64,000 nt of DNA, from positions 933,895 to 997,894 of the forward strand of contig MU004244.1 in NCBI GenBank assembly GCA_010405405.1, in the 5' to 3' direction. This document shows, one piece after another, positions 13,957 to 26,274 of this stretch. This DNA comes from Microthyrium microscopicum. Taxonomy: Eukaryota. The position numbers and the translations under genes are program-made. Each line of letters starts with the position of its first letter. The first letter of the stretch is position 1. The notes under the pieces were generated by a model. The model was given only the letters and a program-made list of their open reading frames with translations. It was not told the DNA's origin and searched no databases.

Positions 13957-16741
13957 ACCTAGGTGTAACATTTCAGGTGAAAACTTTTTGAAGTCCCAGA
14001 AACAGCCATGAGCTCCGCTGAAAGTGTGCTCACATCACCTGCGATATCTTTCAACGCACTCTATAAGTAAAGGATACTATGCTTTACATCGCATTCGATA
14101 TGTCATTGAGGAGTCTACGCTTGCAGTGAAGAATAGAGTACATGATAATATATCGTAGTAGATGGTAGACATCGCACTCGATGGGAGCGTGTTGACTTTT
14201 TGGTCGGTGGGATGGCAGGATTTATCATATAGGAATGATAGCATTGGACTCTGGTGGTCTGATATGCAATATGCTAGTCAGCATCTGACGAATCGTGAGC
14301 AGCACCACAAATATTTGGAATCCAAACTATACTTATATAGAAGTTCCAGCACTTATTTAATGCAGCGACTGATATAAAAGAAACATAAAGGGGTTGCGTG
14401 GTAGACAAAAGTTGCAGCGACGCATCTTAGTTCAGAGCCAGGTTCTGGTCTCCTTGGTATTTGAGCAAAGCTGGGACATGATTGTTAGCTAATTAATTTA
14501 ATAGCGAGTGCGATGGGAGACATCGCAGCAGATGGAATGATACCAGTGATTACGTTCACTGGCTAGGTTATGGCATACGGCTGTCGCCAGTGCAACCCAT
14601 AATTGCCAATAGGCTTGTTAGAAATCATAACATATGTCCTACCAGGCAAAACAATTGCCCGATATGTAGTTCACTACCCAAGAGCAAAGGAACTTGGGTT
14701 CAACAATCAATGAACTGTAGTTGGGCGCACGCCTACACACGCCATCGCTGCCCATGCGCGAGAGCCGGTCATCGAAATACACCACCAAACCAGGTACTCC
14801 GCATCTTTGAGGCTCGGCAAGACGCAAAACCAACAACCGCATCGTAACCCGATTCTGGATCGGGATGCTGTGTGAGCTGTCAACGCTGTCAAGGGATATC
14901 GTGCAGTTCCCAACCAGCAATATCCTGGGACCAAATGTCCGCATTTGCTCCACTGCGGATGAGATGGATGCGCCAACTTCCAATCTCAGCTGATAGCAAC
15001 TTAAAGGCCTTACAGTGGGATTTGAAATGTGCCGGTCTTTGATAAGAAGGAAATCAAAACAATCGAGCCCAACCATAGAAGGAGTGTCGTTGGGTTGAAC
15101 ACAGGGATGTTGATCAGTTCCAGACCCGGATTGGATATTAAGGGCTTGTTTGGGGAAGTACTGCCAGTTCCAGGTCCATTTAGGGATTAAAATTGCCATT
15201 ATTACTCAAGTCAGATGAACCAGAGATGAAAAACGCTCTGGTCGGATGTTGAGTAAGGGTCTTCCCCGGACATGGGGCATTTTGGGCATGGATGCCTTTT
15301 CAACCAATTTTTTGCCATGACGTAGACAGGTCAGAAGTCGAGTCTAAATCATGGAAGCCAACAAGTAGTGCCCGGTTACCGTCAAGTTTCTAAGATTTAG
15401 ATTAGCTTTGATTGTTCTAGTAGTAGCGGGCCGTCGCTTGGTGACAGGTGTTTTCGAGTTTCGAGGTCGGACTGTAGAAACTGCACGCGAACGGTAAGTC
15501 GAAGAAAAAGGGTCCAGCATTCAAGTTGTGCGTCTCGGGCTCCTGAGTCCTCAGCGGCGCTTGAGCCTGATATTGGGTAAAAACACGAGGCGTTTGACGA
15601 TTACCTTCAAATAAGGTAACAGATGGACAGTACGGAGTATTGCCATGGTGATTGACGAGTGAGGTGGTAGCAAATGTCAATCTTCAGAGAGTAAAAGGGA
15701 TATGATCACCGTGCTTCAGCTCTTGCACAGAGCAAGGGCTAAGTTGGGCAGCCTTGTCGGTGTGATAATTGACCCAATAATACCGAATATGGGAGTGAAC
15801 ATGACGACTTATGCAGGCCAGTAAGATGGAGTCGTTGGTCAAAGTGACTACCGGCTCGCGTGGTTGCTGCAGGCAGCTAACCGTGATGGGGGTTGAATAC
15901 GCAGCAGCCAAGCGGCAATTGATAATATGGAAGATAGTAGAGAGGTACATGATGGAATGCCCAAGAAGCATCCATCTCCTCGGGCTGCACTGAGTAGTAT
16001 ACATGTATGGCGATAATAGATTACGAGAGAATCTGGATATGGTAAGATGGGATGAATTTGTTAGGAAGGCACGATGACGAAGGCAGGTAAGAAGGATGGT
16101 CGTAACTTCCTCCAGATGATTGTGACTCCAACCACATCTCCAACAACATCTTCAACCTGATATTCCCATAATATATTACTTAGTACTTTACGCCCATAAA
16201 TCAATTTCTCCTTGTTACCTCACACTCCCACTCATCTGACCGTCGTAATAAAATAACGAGTCTCGGGCAATATTCTTGTGTTTAATTTCTTGCCTAGCGC
16301 AGGTGCGCAACCTCCAGGAATTTGCATCATCACTCTGAGCTTAACAGGCCAAACCTAGCCTCTTCCCGCCCGCTTCGTCACAACGCTCTCTGCGCTCTCT
16401 GCTCGTCCAAACATCTTTCTCACACCCTTGATAGCCCTGTGCGCTTTTGCTTTTGCTTCCAACTCCCAACAAGCCGTTCAACAGGGTCTTCCTTTCTTTG
16501 TTACTCTCCACTCTCTCCGCTATTCCTGGCCACACCACAGGTGGATCCCTTCCTGCTATTCCGCCGGCCATCATTACCAATTTTACATCCGCTCCCTCCT
16601 GAAACCTCCTCCTTCACCGGTAAGCAACAGTGCCTCATTCTCCCCAGTCTCTTCCCTCTCTTCTCTCGCCTGTTTTGCCCTGTTGTTGTGCCTCATTTGA
16701 GCCCTCAACTCCGCCTTCATGTAGCCCATAACCGGTCAAAC

Positions 16742-19700
16742 ATGTCAACCACAAGCTCTACAGCCGCCACAAGCGGCTCTGTTCCTACCCAAACATCCTC
16801 CATCGCTACTACTGCCACCGCTCTTACAAAGCCTACTGCTCTGTTGCCCTTGAACTCCACACTCCGTCGAGTTCAAACTCAACCAGCTTTTGGCTGTCTG
16901 GCCTGTGACACTGCAAGACGTGGCTCAGCTTCTATCAGCGCCAACATAAAGAACCTTCAAATTAACACAGACGATAAAATAGGTGCCATGGATCCGAGAT
17001 ATGGACGCCCGCTATCCCCAGGCGGACGACGTCTAGCAAATCCAGGCCGCCTATCCACGGGAATTCTCGAAGAATACAATGATGGCTACTACACTCGAAG
17101 TCCCCGAGAATATCTCCCTCCTCTCGATCCTCCTCGCCCCGCGTCTCGTCCTATCATCAAGTCTGAAGCATACTCAGGGCGTCCCCGTCGGTCCACACTA
17201 GATCGAGGCGCACCGATCGTTACTGCTGAGGTCAGCCCTACCAGATATGATCGAGACCGTGATGATCATAAACCCCGACGAGAACATCACAAAGTGTACA
17301 CCGTGAACGTTGACCAAGGAGGTGCGCAGCTGGTCGGTGAACGACAGATTGAACGAACCCGAGAAAGAAAATATCCTTCAAGCGGAACATACAATCGACC
17401 ACGAGAAATTGATGAAGATGGCTATTCATATACGGATGCCGCCGGAATGTTTCGTGAAACCGAACCACGTCATCGTCGACGGAGAGGAAGTGTGGATAGA
17501 GCAAGCGGAAACCGACGCTCTAGCACCTACGATAACTACGAAATGCCACCTCGCGCATCTACTCGAGATTTCAATGGCCCACCACCATCCCGGGCTCTGG
17601 ATAGACTAAACGAAAGTAAAATCAGCCGACATGGAAGTTTACAAGAGCGACCATCTCGGACTTCTTCAAGAGATAGAAACGGGACCTATGACAACTACCT
17701 AGCTGCTCCATTGGAGCTACCTTCTCACGATAAGCGTGGCCGCCCGCTTTCTATCGCCAATATACCCTATCATAATCAACATGGCTATGATGAATACGAA
17801 ACACGTCGAAGTGACGATGAGATTGAGCCACGGCGCAGCAGAGGACGATTCAAGGACAACGAAGTGGAGACTCGGGGCTTCGGCATCAGAAGTGCTAGCC
17901 TGGCTCCTCTTGAGCCAGAAGCAAAGCCACGTCTGGCCATTGAAGCAGCGCCACCACGCCGCCCAGTCTCTGCCATATACGCCAATGAGCCAGAGCTCAC
18001 GCTTCCTAATCATCGAGATTACATGCCACGGTCTTCTATTGAGGAGGAAGACCAAAGACGTGATCAAGAACGTCGGCAACAGATGGAGCTAGCCGAGCGT
18101 GACCGGGAAATAGCAAGGGCTCGTGAATTAGACCGGATGCGAGAGGCTGAACGGCTAAGAGAAACCGAACGGGTGCGAGAATCTGAGCGCATGCGAGAAG
18201 CTGAACGGATGCGGGAAGCTGATCGACTACGAGAGCATGAAAGAGCAAAGGAACGAGAACGCGAAACACGCCGAGAACGAGAACGTGAGCAAGAACGAGA
18301 TTACGGCAGACGCGAACACAAAGGACGAGACCATAATGACCGAGACGCTGATTACGACCGCAATTATGACCGCGAGACTTCACGACGAGACCAAGAATAT
18401 GAACATGATGATCACCATAGCCATCGACGACATGCTACTAATGCAGCTATTGCTACTGCCGGTGCCGGTGTAGCCGCTTACGCGGTTGCAAAGGGAGCCG
18501 AGAATCGAGAAAAGGACCGACGAGAAAGAGCGAACAGTGCTGCTTTGGAACCACCCCTTGCGCTTGAGCGTTCAAGAAGTGCACCTCTGGAACCACCATC
18601 TCAGCGCAGCCGAGAAGGAAGCAGAGTACAGGACGCAGCCATTCCTCGAGGCGGATCGCGAGATGTTTCAAGAAATCGTGATGCTCAACGAGAATTGCCA
18701 AGGGAACGAGAAGGCTCTTGGGAGGTTCCACGGGACCGAGATATTCCAAGGGAGCGAGAGCCAGCAAGACAGCAGGCTTTACCTGCTCCACCTAAAGAGC
18801 GAGATATGCCAGGTGCCTTCCCCAGAGACCCTGTTCCACCACGAGAGCTTGCACCATCGCGAGCGATGCCAAAGGAGATTGTGAAATCGAGAGAGCTGCC
18901 CAAGGAGCGCGAGTTCATCCGAGACGATCCCCGTGACATTCCCCGCGAGGCTCCTAGGGAGATGCGCCGAGATACTCAGGACGATTTTATGGCCCCAATA
19001 TCGCGCACTTCTACTCGCGATATGCCTCGGAACGCGGAGGTAGCCCCTAAAGACAGAGCTCCTCCTCGTGAGCGCGATTCACGCGATGCTCCCCGGGATT
19101 TGCCAAGAGATGCGCCTAGAGACATACCCAGAGACATGCCTAGAGACGTACCTAGAGACACACCCAGAGATGTTCCACGGGATGTTCGAGATGCCTCTAT
19201 TGCTACTGCCGGAGCCGGTATAGCCGCTTACGCAGCTGCAAAGGGCGACAAACCGCGGGAAACTCCACGAGAAATTACTCGGGAGACCCCAAGAGACATT
19301 CCACGAGACAATCAGAGAGACATCCAGAGAGATGCTCCACGAGATGTTCCCCGAGATATGGCTCGAGACAATAAGCGAGAAAGCCAACGGGAAGCTCCAC
19401 GAGACCGCGAAAGATCCATGACACGCGACACACCCCGAGAGCGAGAGCGATCTGTACCTCGAGATGCACCAAAAGATCGGGAGCGGGAAGCTGGCCGAGA
19501 CCGTGAACGTGAAGAGCGTGAACGGGAACGGGAGCGACCTCGACGCCGTGACTCATATGGTGCTGAAACAGACAACCGTCGCCCTCCTCGCCCAGAACCG
19601 AATGCACGGGAAGACGCTGCTGAGCGGGACTACGATGAACGAGACCGCGACCGTCGCCGGCGTGATACCGAGGAGTCTACCGGAGAGCGTCGCCGTGATC

Positions 19701-20478
19701 GACGAGACTCTTCTGGAGATAACGATGGTGCCGAAGAGGACTACCGTCGTCGTCTCCTACTTGCGCAGCAGGAACTCTCTCGTCCATCCCCTCCTGCAAC
19801 TCAACCAACCGCTGAAGAAAAATCACTTGGCGCTCCTCGCAATATGCTTGGCAGTACACTTGTCAACGAGCCTCAGACTGTTGAAGGTGCTGAATCTCGA
19901 CGAGACTCCCGAGTTCGCATCGTGGAGCCGCCTCGCAAGGAGCCATCACCGCCACTCGTCAAAGGAATTCTTCGGAAACCAACACAAAAGTTTCCCGAGC
20001 ATCCAAACTTTGTACGCGAAGGCGCCCTCCCACTCAAGGAAGACATCGAAAAGAAGGGCATTCCAGCCGGCGCCCGCTGGACAAAGATTGACCGCCGCCT
20101 CGTGAACCCCGAAGCACTCATTGCATCGAAAGAGCGGTTCGAAGAACGTCTCGACTGTGTGATTGTACTGCGCGTCCTTACGAAGGAGGAGATTCAGAAG
20201 CTAGCAGACAAGACTGCAGAAATCCGAGGTGAGTTACCATAACGCTGATTTTCTGATGGCGTCGCTAATGATGTGTGGCTGCAGCGGAACGGGACGATAG
20301 GCATGAGAAGCGCAAGAGTTCAAAGTATGACGATGATGACCGTAGACGACGCCATGATGATGATAAAGAAGAGACAGAAGATGAGCGCGAGAGTAGGCGA
20401 CGGAGAGATAAAGAGAAGGAGCGAGATGGAGGGCGCGACCGTGAGCGCGAGAGCCATCGTGAGAGGGGAGATCGGTGA
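16742..20478 (+). CDS. Arg/Asp/Glu-rich fungal protein with conserved C-terminal domain (GARWTKIDRRLVNPEAL...RFEERLDCVIVLRVL); start 16742 or 16988; intron 20229-20284
   Basis: Long ORF; the terminal intron GTGAGT...GCTAAT...CAG joins ORF 20275-20478 in frame; PRDxPRD repeats. Confidence 0.75.
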
Positions 20479-20707
20479 GCGACTTTTTTGACTGGCGATT
20501 AGCACTAGCGTTGGGGTGTAGGGATTAGGTTTGTATTCGTAGATGTTGTCAATGGGGATATATTTGGATATCATGCATTCCATTTCTAGGGTGCTTACCT
20601 CTCGCAGTCATTGTCTTATGAACTTGCCGGAACAAGACCACTTTCAAGATACTTACAATCGAGTCCACTGAAAACAAAAATACCTTGCCTACTTTACTCT
20701 GATCTGT

Positions 20708-20920
20708 CAACGGCATGGCAAAATAAATGGCGTACTCCCATCAACTCTGATGGCTACCACCAGCGCTGCTAACCAAAAGGCGCTTTAATTCCCATCGTAT
20801 CTGATAAATACTCCCAATCCGAACGCCCTTTATGGTAAATAAAGCACTCGATAACAGACCGTAGCCTCTGGGCGCCATCAGAGTTGATGGGAGTACGCCA
20901 TTTATTTTGCCATGCCGTTG
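20708..20920. mobile_element. MITE, 213 bp, perfect 47-bp TIRs, 5-bp TSD (TCTGT)
   Basis: 20708-20754 is the exact reverse complement of 20874-20920; TCTGT lies at both 20703-20707 and 20921-20925. Confidence 0.85.
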
Positions 20921-21383
20921 TCTGTTTGCCTAGGCGCCAACATCGATCATGCAACAGAGTGTGCTTTCCCTCCCATCGTACTCGATAATTGATAGCAGAC
21001 TCGATCACAGGGAACAGTGATATAGATCGAAATACTTCCGTCGTTTCGTCAATGTTCCAGGAGAAGGACGGCCAACAGCAATCTTTGAGTCCTATAACAT
21101 ATCTCAAGCAAAAAAAAGTGCTACCGATTCCTCAATAGTAATTTGGATGGAAATACGATAATAAAAGCAAAGGATCTAACTCCGAACAAAGACTTTTTAT
21201 GACAAGGAGGACTTTTTAAACACTTTACGACGAATGACTTGACGAAAATGGGCAAACTCAGTGTAAGCAACCTTCAATACGAACACTTCAGAACCTTTAA
21301 TGTCTACTAGAAATATCCGCAGACCCAAGCATTACTTGTTCAATCTCACTTATTCTGCCATCTTCACACCTTTAACGTTCAGG

Positions 21384-23862
21384 ATGTCACCAAATCATTG
21401 GGATACAGGCTACATACCAGATACTTTCGACCCTCGCGACCTGCCATACTACTTCAGAGGAACCGATTTAGACCTCCAAAACTTCAACGGCATCCACAAC
21501 CATGTGATTCTGTACGAAAAGTATCCATCGTTTTTCGAGCCAATTTACGACCAGGCCAATACGAAGTCTAGTGTTGCCAATGCTGTAGCTGCTGCGGTAC
21601 GCTTTTTGGCGTGGAAGACTGGTCAGACTGATGAAGCACTGCTTGATCCGTCGAGGCTGTTCATCTACTACAATGCTCGTGCGATTTTGGCGTTGAAAAA
21701 ACTCCATGCTCTGAAGGCGTTTGCGCCGACGTGGCCTTGCGAGGTGGAGGATACGGGTTGTTGTATCAGGGATGCGTTAAAATCATTGAAAATGTTCGGG
21801 AGTGCGAGTGAGGCTGCTTGGCCGTGGGTAGAAAATATGGGTAAGTCATATTTCTGGAGGGCCCTATAACGATGATTGAAAGACGCAGCATGCTCTTATC
21901 GAGTACGATGGTACACAGGGAGGACGGCATATACTTTCATCAGCGCCCGCATTTCCTTGCTAATAAGTTCAGGTCTCAAACCAGGCAGCCCCGTCGCTGG
22001 GAACAGCCTACAGAGCTTCACTGTTGGTTTGAATGATTGCCCATTAGACAGGGCGTATGCCGAGGGCGAAGCCATCACTCAGACTATCAAGTTTGAATAT
22101 TGCCGGCTGGATCCAGATCACCATCCCGCGATTAGCTCGGCTCTCAACGATACTGATAAATGGACTATTGGGTCGCTGACCCTCAACCGCTTGAAACAGT
22201 GTCTGGTGGAAGGATACCCAGTGATCTTTGCTTTATCAAACTACTTTGACCATCCCTGGGAATCAGACGACGTTAGTCGCTCCAGAGAATTGGAGGGCAA
22301 GCCGCCATGGCTAAAAAAGCTGCTGGGTGATGACCAAGGTCCTCCTGTAGATTCGAGTGGAAGGGCGATTGCATTGAGCTCCCATGCCGTCCTGGCTGTG
22401 GGCTTTAATGATGAGACGAAGGGCGTGCTCGTACAGAACTCTCGAGGTAACTTTCTCCCGTGCAAAATCACATTCCTTGACGAAATCGGATGGAACCATA
22501 ACAGCCATACCTTCCAGCGCACTTGATGGCTACAATAGAATGCGATGGGTGTTTCATGAATCCACCACGAAAAGATCATTTGGTCTTTTCAGGTAGCTCC
22601 GATCGTAATGTTAACTATACTGACGAATTCTAGGCAATCTGAACTGCTCTCATTTCTGGATACCGTACGACTACATCATTAGTTATTGGGCCAGCAGCGA
22701 TTTTTGGACCATTCGTCCTACTAACTCAATGCTTCAACGTGACCCTGCATGGGCTACTCTCAGAACGAAACACACAAGCTTCACGTCCCCTTCAGGTTGG
22801 ACTACACTTTTCAGGGATATCGATGGAAAAGTGGCTTCTGTGGCAACGAACACCACTTGTCCTGTTATCTGTCGTACGACGAACAGATCAGATATATTCT
22901 GGATAACATCAAATGGCTCAGTCGAAGGCGTCTACAACAATGGTGATATTTGGTGCAGATATCAGGGTGAAGGCCCTGGGAACGCGGCTGAAGGTGCCAT
23001 TGCTGCAATTTCAAGAACACCCACAAAGATGGAAGTTTTCTGGATTGGTCCAAGGGGATCGGTTGAGGGCATGTACCTCCAAGAGCAAGGCTGGAAGTGC
23101 TGCCGCTTCTCTGACGAAGGCACTGTCGAGAGAGGCAGTGGCATCACTGCGCTCAGCCGTGACAATGACCTCAGTGAGTTTTGGTATGTCAGAACAGATG
23201 GTGGCATCCAAGGCGTATTCTGGGATAAAAGCAGTGGAAAGGGAAAATGGGAAAACTACGAGTTGGCTGGCGGCCACAGCACCACTAAACAGTCTGCGCT
23301 TGCAGCTTGTAGCTGGGACGAAAACCACATGGCAGTGTTCTGGATCGCAATGGACGGAAGCATCATGTTTAGGGAATACAATTCCTTGAACCAAGGCTGG
23401 ATGGCATCTTCACCCACTCGAATTGGACAAGCCAGCTGCGCCGCTCTCCAAAGCCGTGTTACGGTGGTAACCCGATCTCCTGGGAATTATGAGCTCTTCT
23501 TCATTTCACCTGCGGGAGTGGTTCAGCACTGGTCAAAGAATAGCGACACTAAATGGGAAGGCCGCCAGCTAGACAAGGAGCGGCTTGCTCGAGTGGATAG
23601 TGATATCAAAGCGATATCTACTGCCAACGACCGTCTGCAGGTGCTTTGGGTTGGCAACAACAACTCTCTGGTTCTGTCAAATGTTCACGAATACCGGCCG
23701 CTGGAACCAAAACTGCATCCTCTGCTTGCCCAACCAGGACAAGTGAAGCCTGGGAGCCCATTAGCCTTGTTCTGCCGAAAGACTGATGCTGATGACGACT
23801 TGCACGTCAGTTTTACGACGCATGAAGGAATCATGGTTATCATGAAGAAGTCAAATGAGTAG
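21384..23862 (+). CDS. Papain-like (C1A, xylellain-type) domain fused to a fungal fucose-specific-lectin-like beta-propeller, ~719 aa; exons 21384-21840, 21973-22446, 22634-23862
   Basis: Both phase-1 introns splice in frame. C1A motifs: GYIPDxxDPRD, YDQ..SSVANA, SRLFIYYNAR, HAVLAVG, QNSRG, FWIPYDY, DFWTI. The C-terminus has repeats of type xAxSRxxxxxEVFWIGxDGSV. Confidence 0.8.
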
Positions 23863-24296
23863 CAGCTTACAGATGCCGTGGTACGAAAGCGCATCATCTG
23901 CAGGGCGACTTAAACGACCATGCTCTCAACGATGATGTCTTTCATTATCCTTGCAAGATAGAAGCTGCTATATGTCCCGCTGGGCTCCATTAATTAAACC
24001 AGTTTGAACGCATTAATTGGGCAACAACACACTTGATGGTAGAACATGCGAAAAGAACATCGTGATTAGTCGAAGCACGCTAGCTGTATACTATTGAATT
24101 CATACTTGTCAAGGCTAAGTTGACTGTTGAGTTGGTTCGTGTTGTATTCGCTGTTATATGAGATGACACCTTATCACGCTAACTTTATGAGAAAAAATCA
24201 CCGGCAGACAGAATTTGTGAATGAGGGTTAAGAATGCTTTTATTTATTGAATTATCTTAATGATAACTTCGCGATCTAACCACCTTGTAGTGAGAA

Positions 24297-24695
24297 TTAG
24301 TCGCTTGGTTCCTCGAAGTTGGACCAAGGGGAGTACTTGGGGTTGTAAGCGCGCGCAACACCAACACGACTAGGACCAGCAACCACTGGTGAGACTGGCC
24401 GACGGACTGGAGCATACTGGCGACTGGGACCAGCCAGGACTGGTGTGACTGGGCGTACTGGACGGGCTGGAGCAGGCTTTGCCTGGACAACAGGCAAGAC
24501 AGCGAGCTCTATGCCAGTGGTAGCTTCCTCGTCACGGACAGCTTGCTTGCCTTTGGCCGCGGCACGGTCGCGACGATAGGCCTGGACGTACAACTTGGCT
24601 AAGATAGCTAGGCCGACGCAGACACCAAGAACAAGAAGTACAACGAGGATGTAAGCGGAGACTACGCTCTTATCAACTGGCTCGCTGGCAGACAT
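24297..24695 (-). CDS. Small single-pass membrane protein (~132 aa)
   Basis: MSASEPVDKS..., hydrophobic stretch YILVVLLVLGVCVGLAILA followed by a basic YRRDR stop-transfer and a Pro/Arg-rich tail. Confidence 0.55.
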   Translation of the reverse strand: MSASEPVDKSVVSAYILVVLLVLGVCVGLAILAKLYVQAYRRDRAAAKGKQAVRDEEATTGIELAVLPVVQAKPAPARPVRPVTPVLAGPSRQYAPVRRPVSPVVAGPSRVGVARAYNPKYSPWSNFEEPSD

Positions 24696-25497
24696 GTATG
24701 CGGAGTCGATAGTTGCTGGAATCGTTGGAAAGGGATGTACTCTTTGTGATCGAGGGCAGAAGAAAGTTGTTTGGGATCTTCCTCGATTTTGTGAGGGTGA
24801 TGTACTTCCTTCTAGAGCATGCTTTCGTGTTCTATAAATGTGTAAAATGGATGTCTCTGTGAAAGATCTAGTAAACAAACTAAGAGAGCCATACAATAGC
24901 ATTGTAGAGAAATATTCCCCAATTGAAAGAGAAATTAATAAACAAAGGCCATCAACGTCGATGGCATTGTTCCTAAACAAAGAGCGAATTAAATTAGTAC
25001 CGACTCCTACCAGGAGGAGAAAACAAACGGCCCGCTCCTATGAGACTCATCAAAGGCCATGTTTGTAAGTTAATCGTCAAATTTGCTAAACTCACTTCTC
25101 TCACAAGATCATTTTAGCTTGGAGTTGGAACAAAAGCACATTCTGGTCATTGACCGGCATGCCGATCCTATATTGAGAAAATGGGCAGAATCTAAATGTT
25201 CGCCTATAGTTGGCGGTTGATGACAAGACGAGGAACTTGACGCCTGTATGAGAGTCTAAAGATGGTATAGCATTCTTTCTGGAGCGTCTTCGAACCAAGG
25301 TTAGTCCTGTCACGATTATGGTACCGCTGTACCATATAATAATTAGTTCCTAAGGATCTGCAATATCTTCTACTGGAATCTACTACACCTGTGCACCTGC
25401 ACCTTGTTATGAACCTTGATCCCTTGCCAAAACCCCTTCCAAAACTTTGACTTCTACAACTCATCTCTTTTCCTATTTCCGAACACAGCAGGCCAAA

Positions 25498-26274
25498 ATG
25501 AGTCACAGCACATACACGGTGCACCCGTCGATTCCTCACACACATACAGTCATCTTTCTTCATGGCCGAGACAGTACAGCTGAAGAGTTTGCGACGGAGA
25601 TATTCGAAAGTCAAGGCTCCGACGAGAAAACTCTCCCCGAAGCATTGCCATCCTATAAATGGGTCTTTCCAACTTCTCGAATAAGGCAGTCATCCCGATT
25701 TCAAACAGAAATGTCGCAGTGGTTCGACATATGGACGGTGGAAAATCCCCAAGAAAAACTCAATATCCAACAAACAGGTTTGCAAGAAAGCATTATGGAG
25801 GTTCTGGACTTGATTTCTGAAGAAGGCAAATTGGTTCGCTCAGATCATATCATTTTGGCCGGCATAAGTCAAGGTTGTGCCACCGCGATACACGCTTTGT
25901 TCAACTTGGACTATAAACTGGGAGCTTTTGTGGGACTGAGCAGTTGGTTGCCATACAGCAAGCAAATCCAGACGATCATTCAATCGGGAAACGAGTCTTC
26001 CCAGCACATGCGACACATACGGTCGTTAATTACATCAGAAGGAATCAATCTCATCCAGGCTCCAAACTATTCATCTTTGGAGACCCCAGTGTTTCTGAGG
26101 CATTGCAAAGATGATGACGTGGTTCCTTCTGAAAATGGAGAGAACCTATTCGATACACTCAAATTGATGGGAATGTCAGTTGACAGCCATGTGTATGAAG
26201 AAGGAGGTCATTGGTTAAATGAGCCAAAAGGAGTCGATGATCTTGTTCGCTTTCTGAAGCAGAATCAAGAATAG
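25498..26274 (+). CDS. Phospholipase/carboxylesterase (acyl-protein thioesterase-like alpha/beta hydrolase)
   Basis: IFLHGR, QWFDIW, GISQG nucleophile elbow, DDVV Asp and GGHW His. Confidence 0.85.
   Translation: MSHSTYTVHPSIPHTHTVIFLHGRDSTAEEFATEIFESQGSDEKTLPEALPSYKWVFPTSRIRQSSRFQTEMSQWFDIWTVENPQEKLNIQQTGLQESIMEVLDLISEEGKLVRSDHIILAGISQGCATAIHALFNLDYKLGAFVGLSSWLPYSKQIQTIIQSGNESSQHMRHIRSLITSEGINLIQAPNYSSLETPVFLRHCKDDDVVPSENGENLFDTLKLMGMSVDSHVYEEGGHWLNEPKGVDDLVRFLKQNQE

Noticed and set aside
14590..16004. Minus-strand ORFs, two of them in frame across a single stop (15417-16004)
   Set aside because: No domain similarity I can recognise; cannot distinguish a pseudogene from random ORFs.
16322..16741. 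140-aa N-terminal extension of the 1306-aa ORF
   Set aside because: Starts at TTG and is pyrimidine-rich like a 5' UTR.
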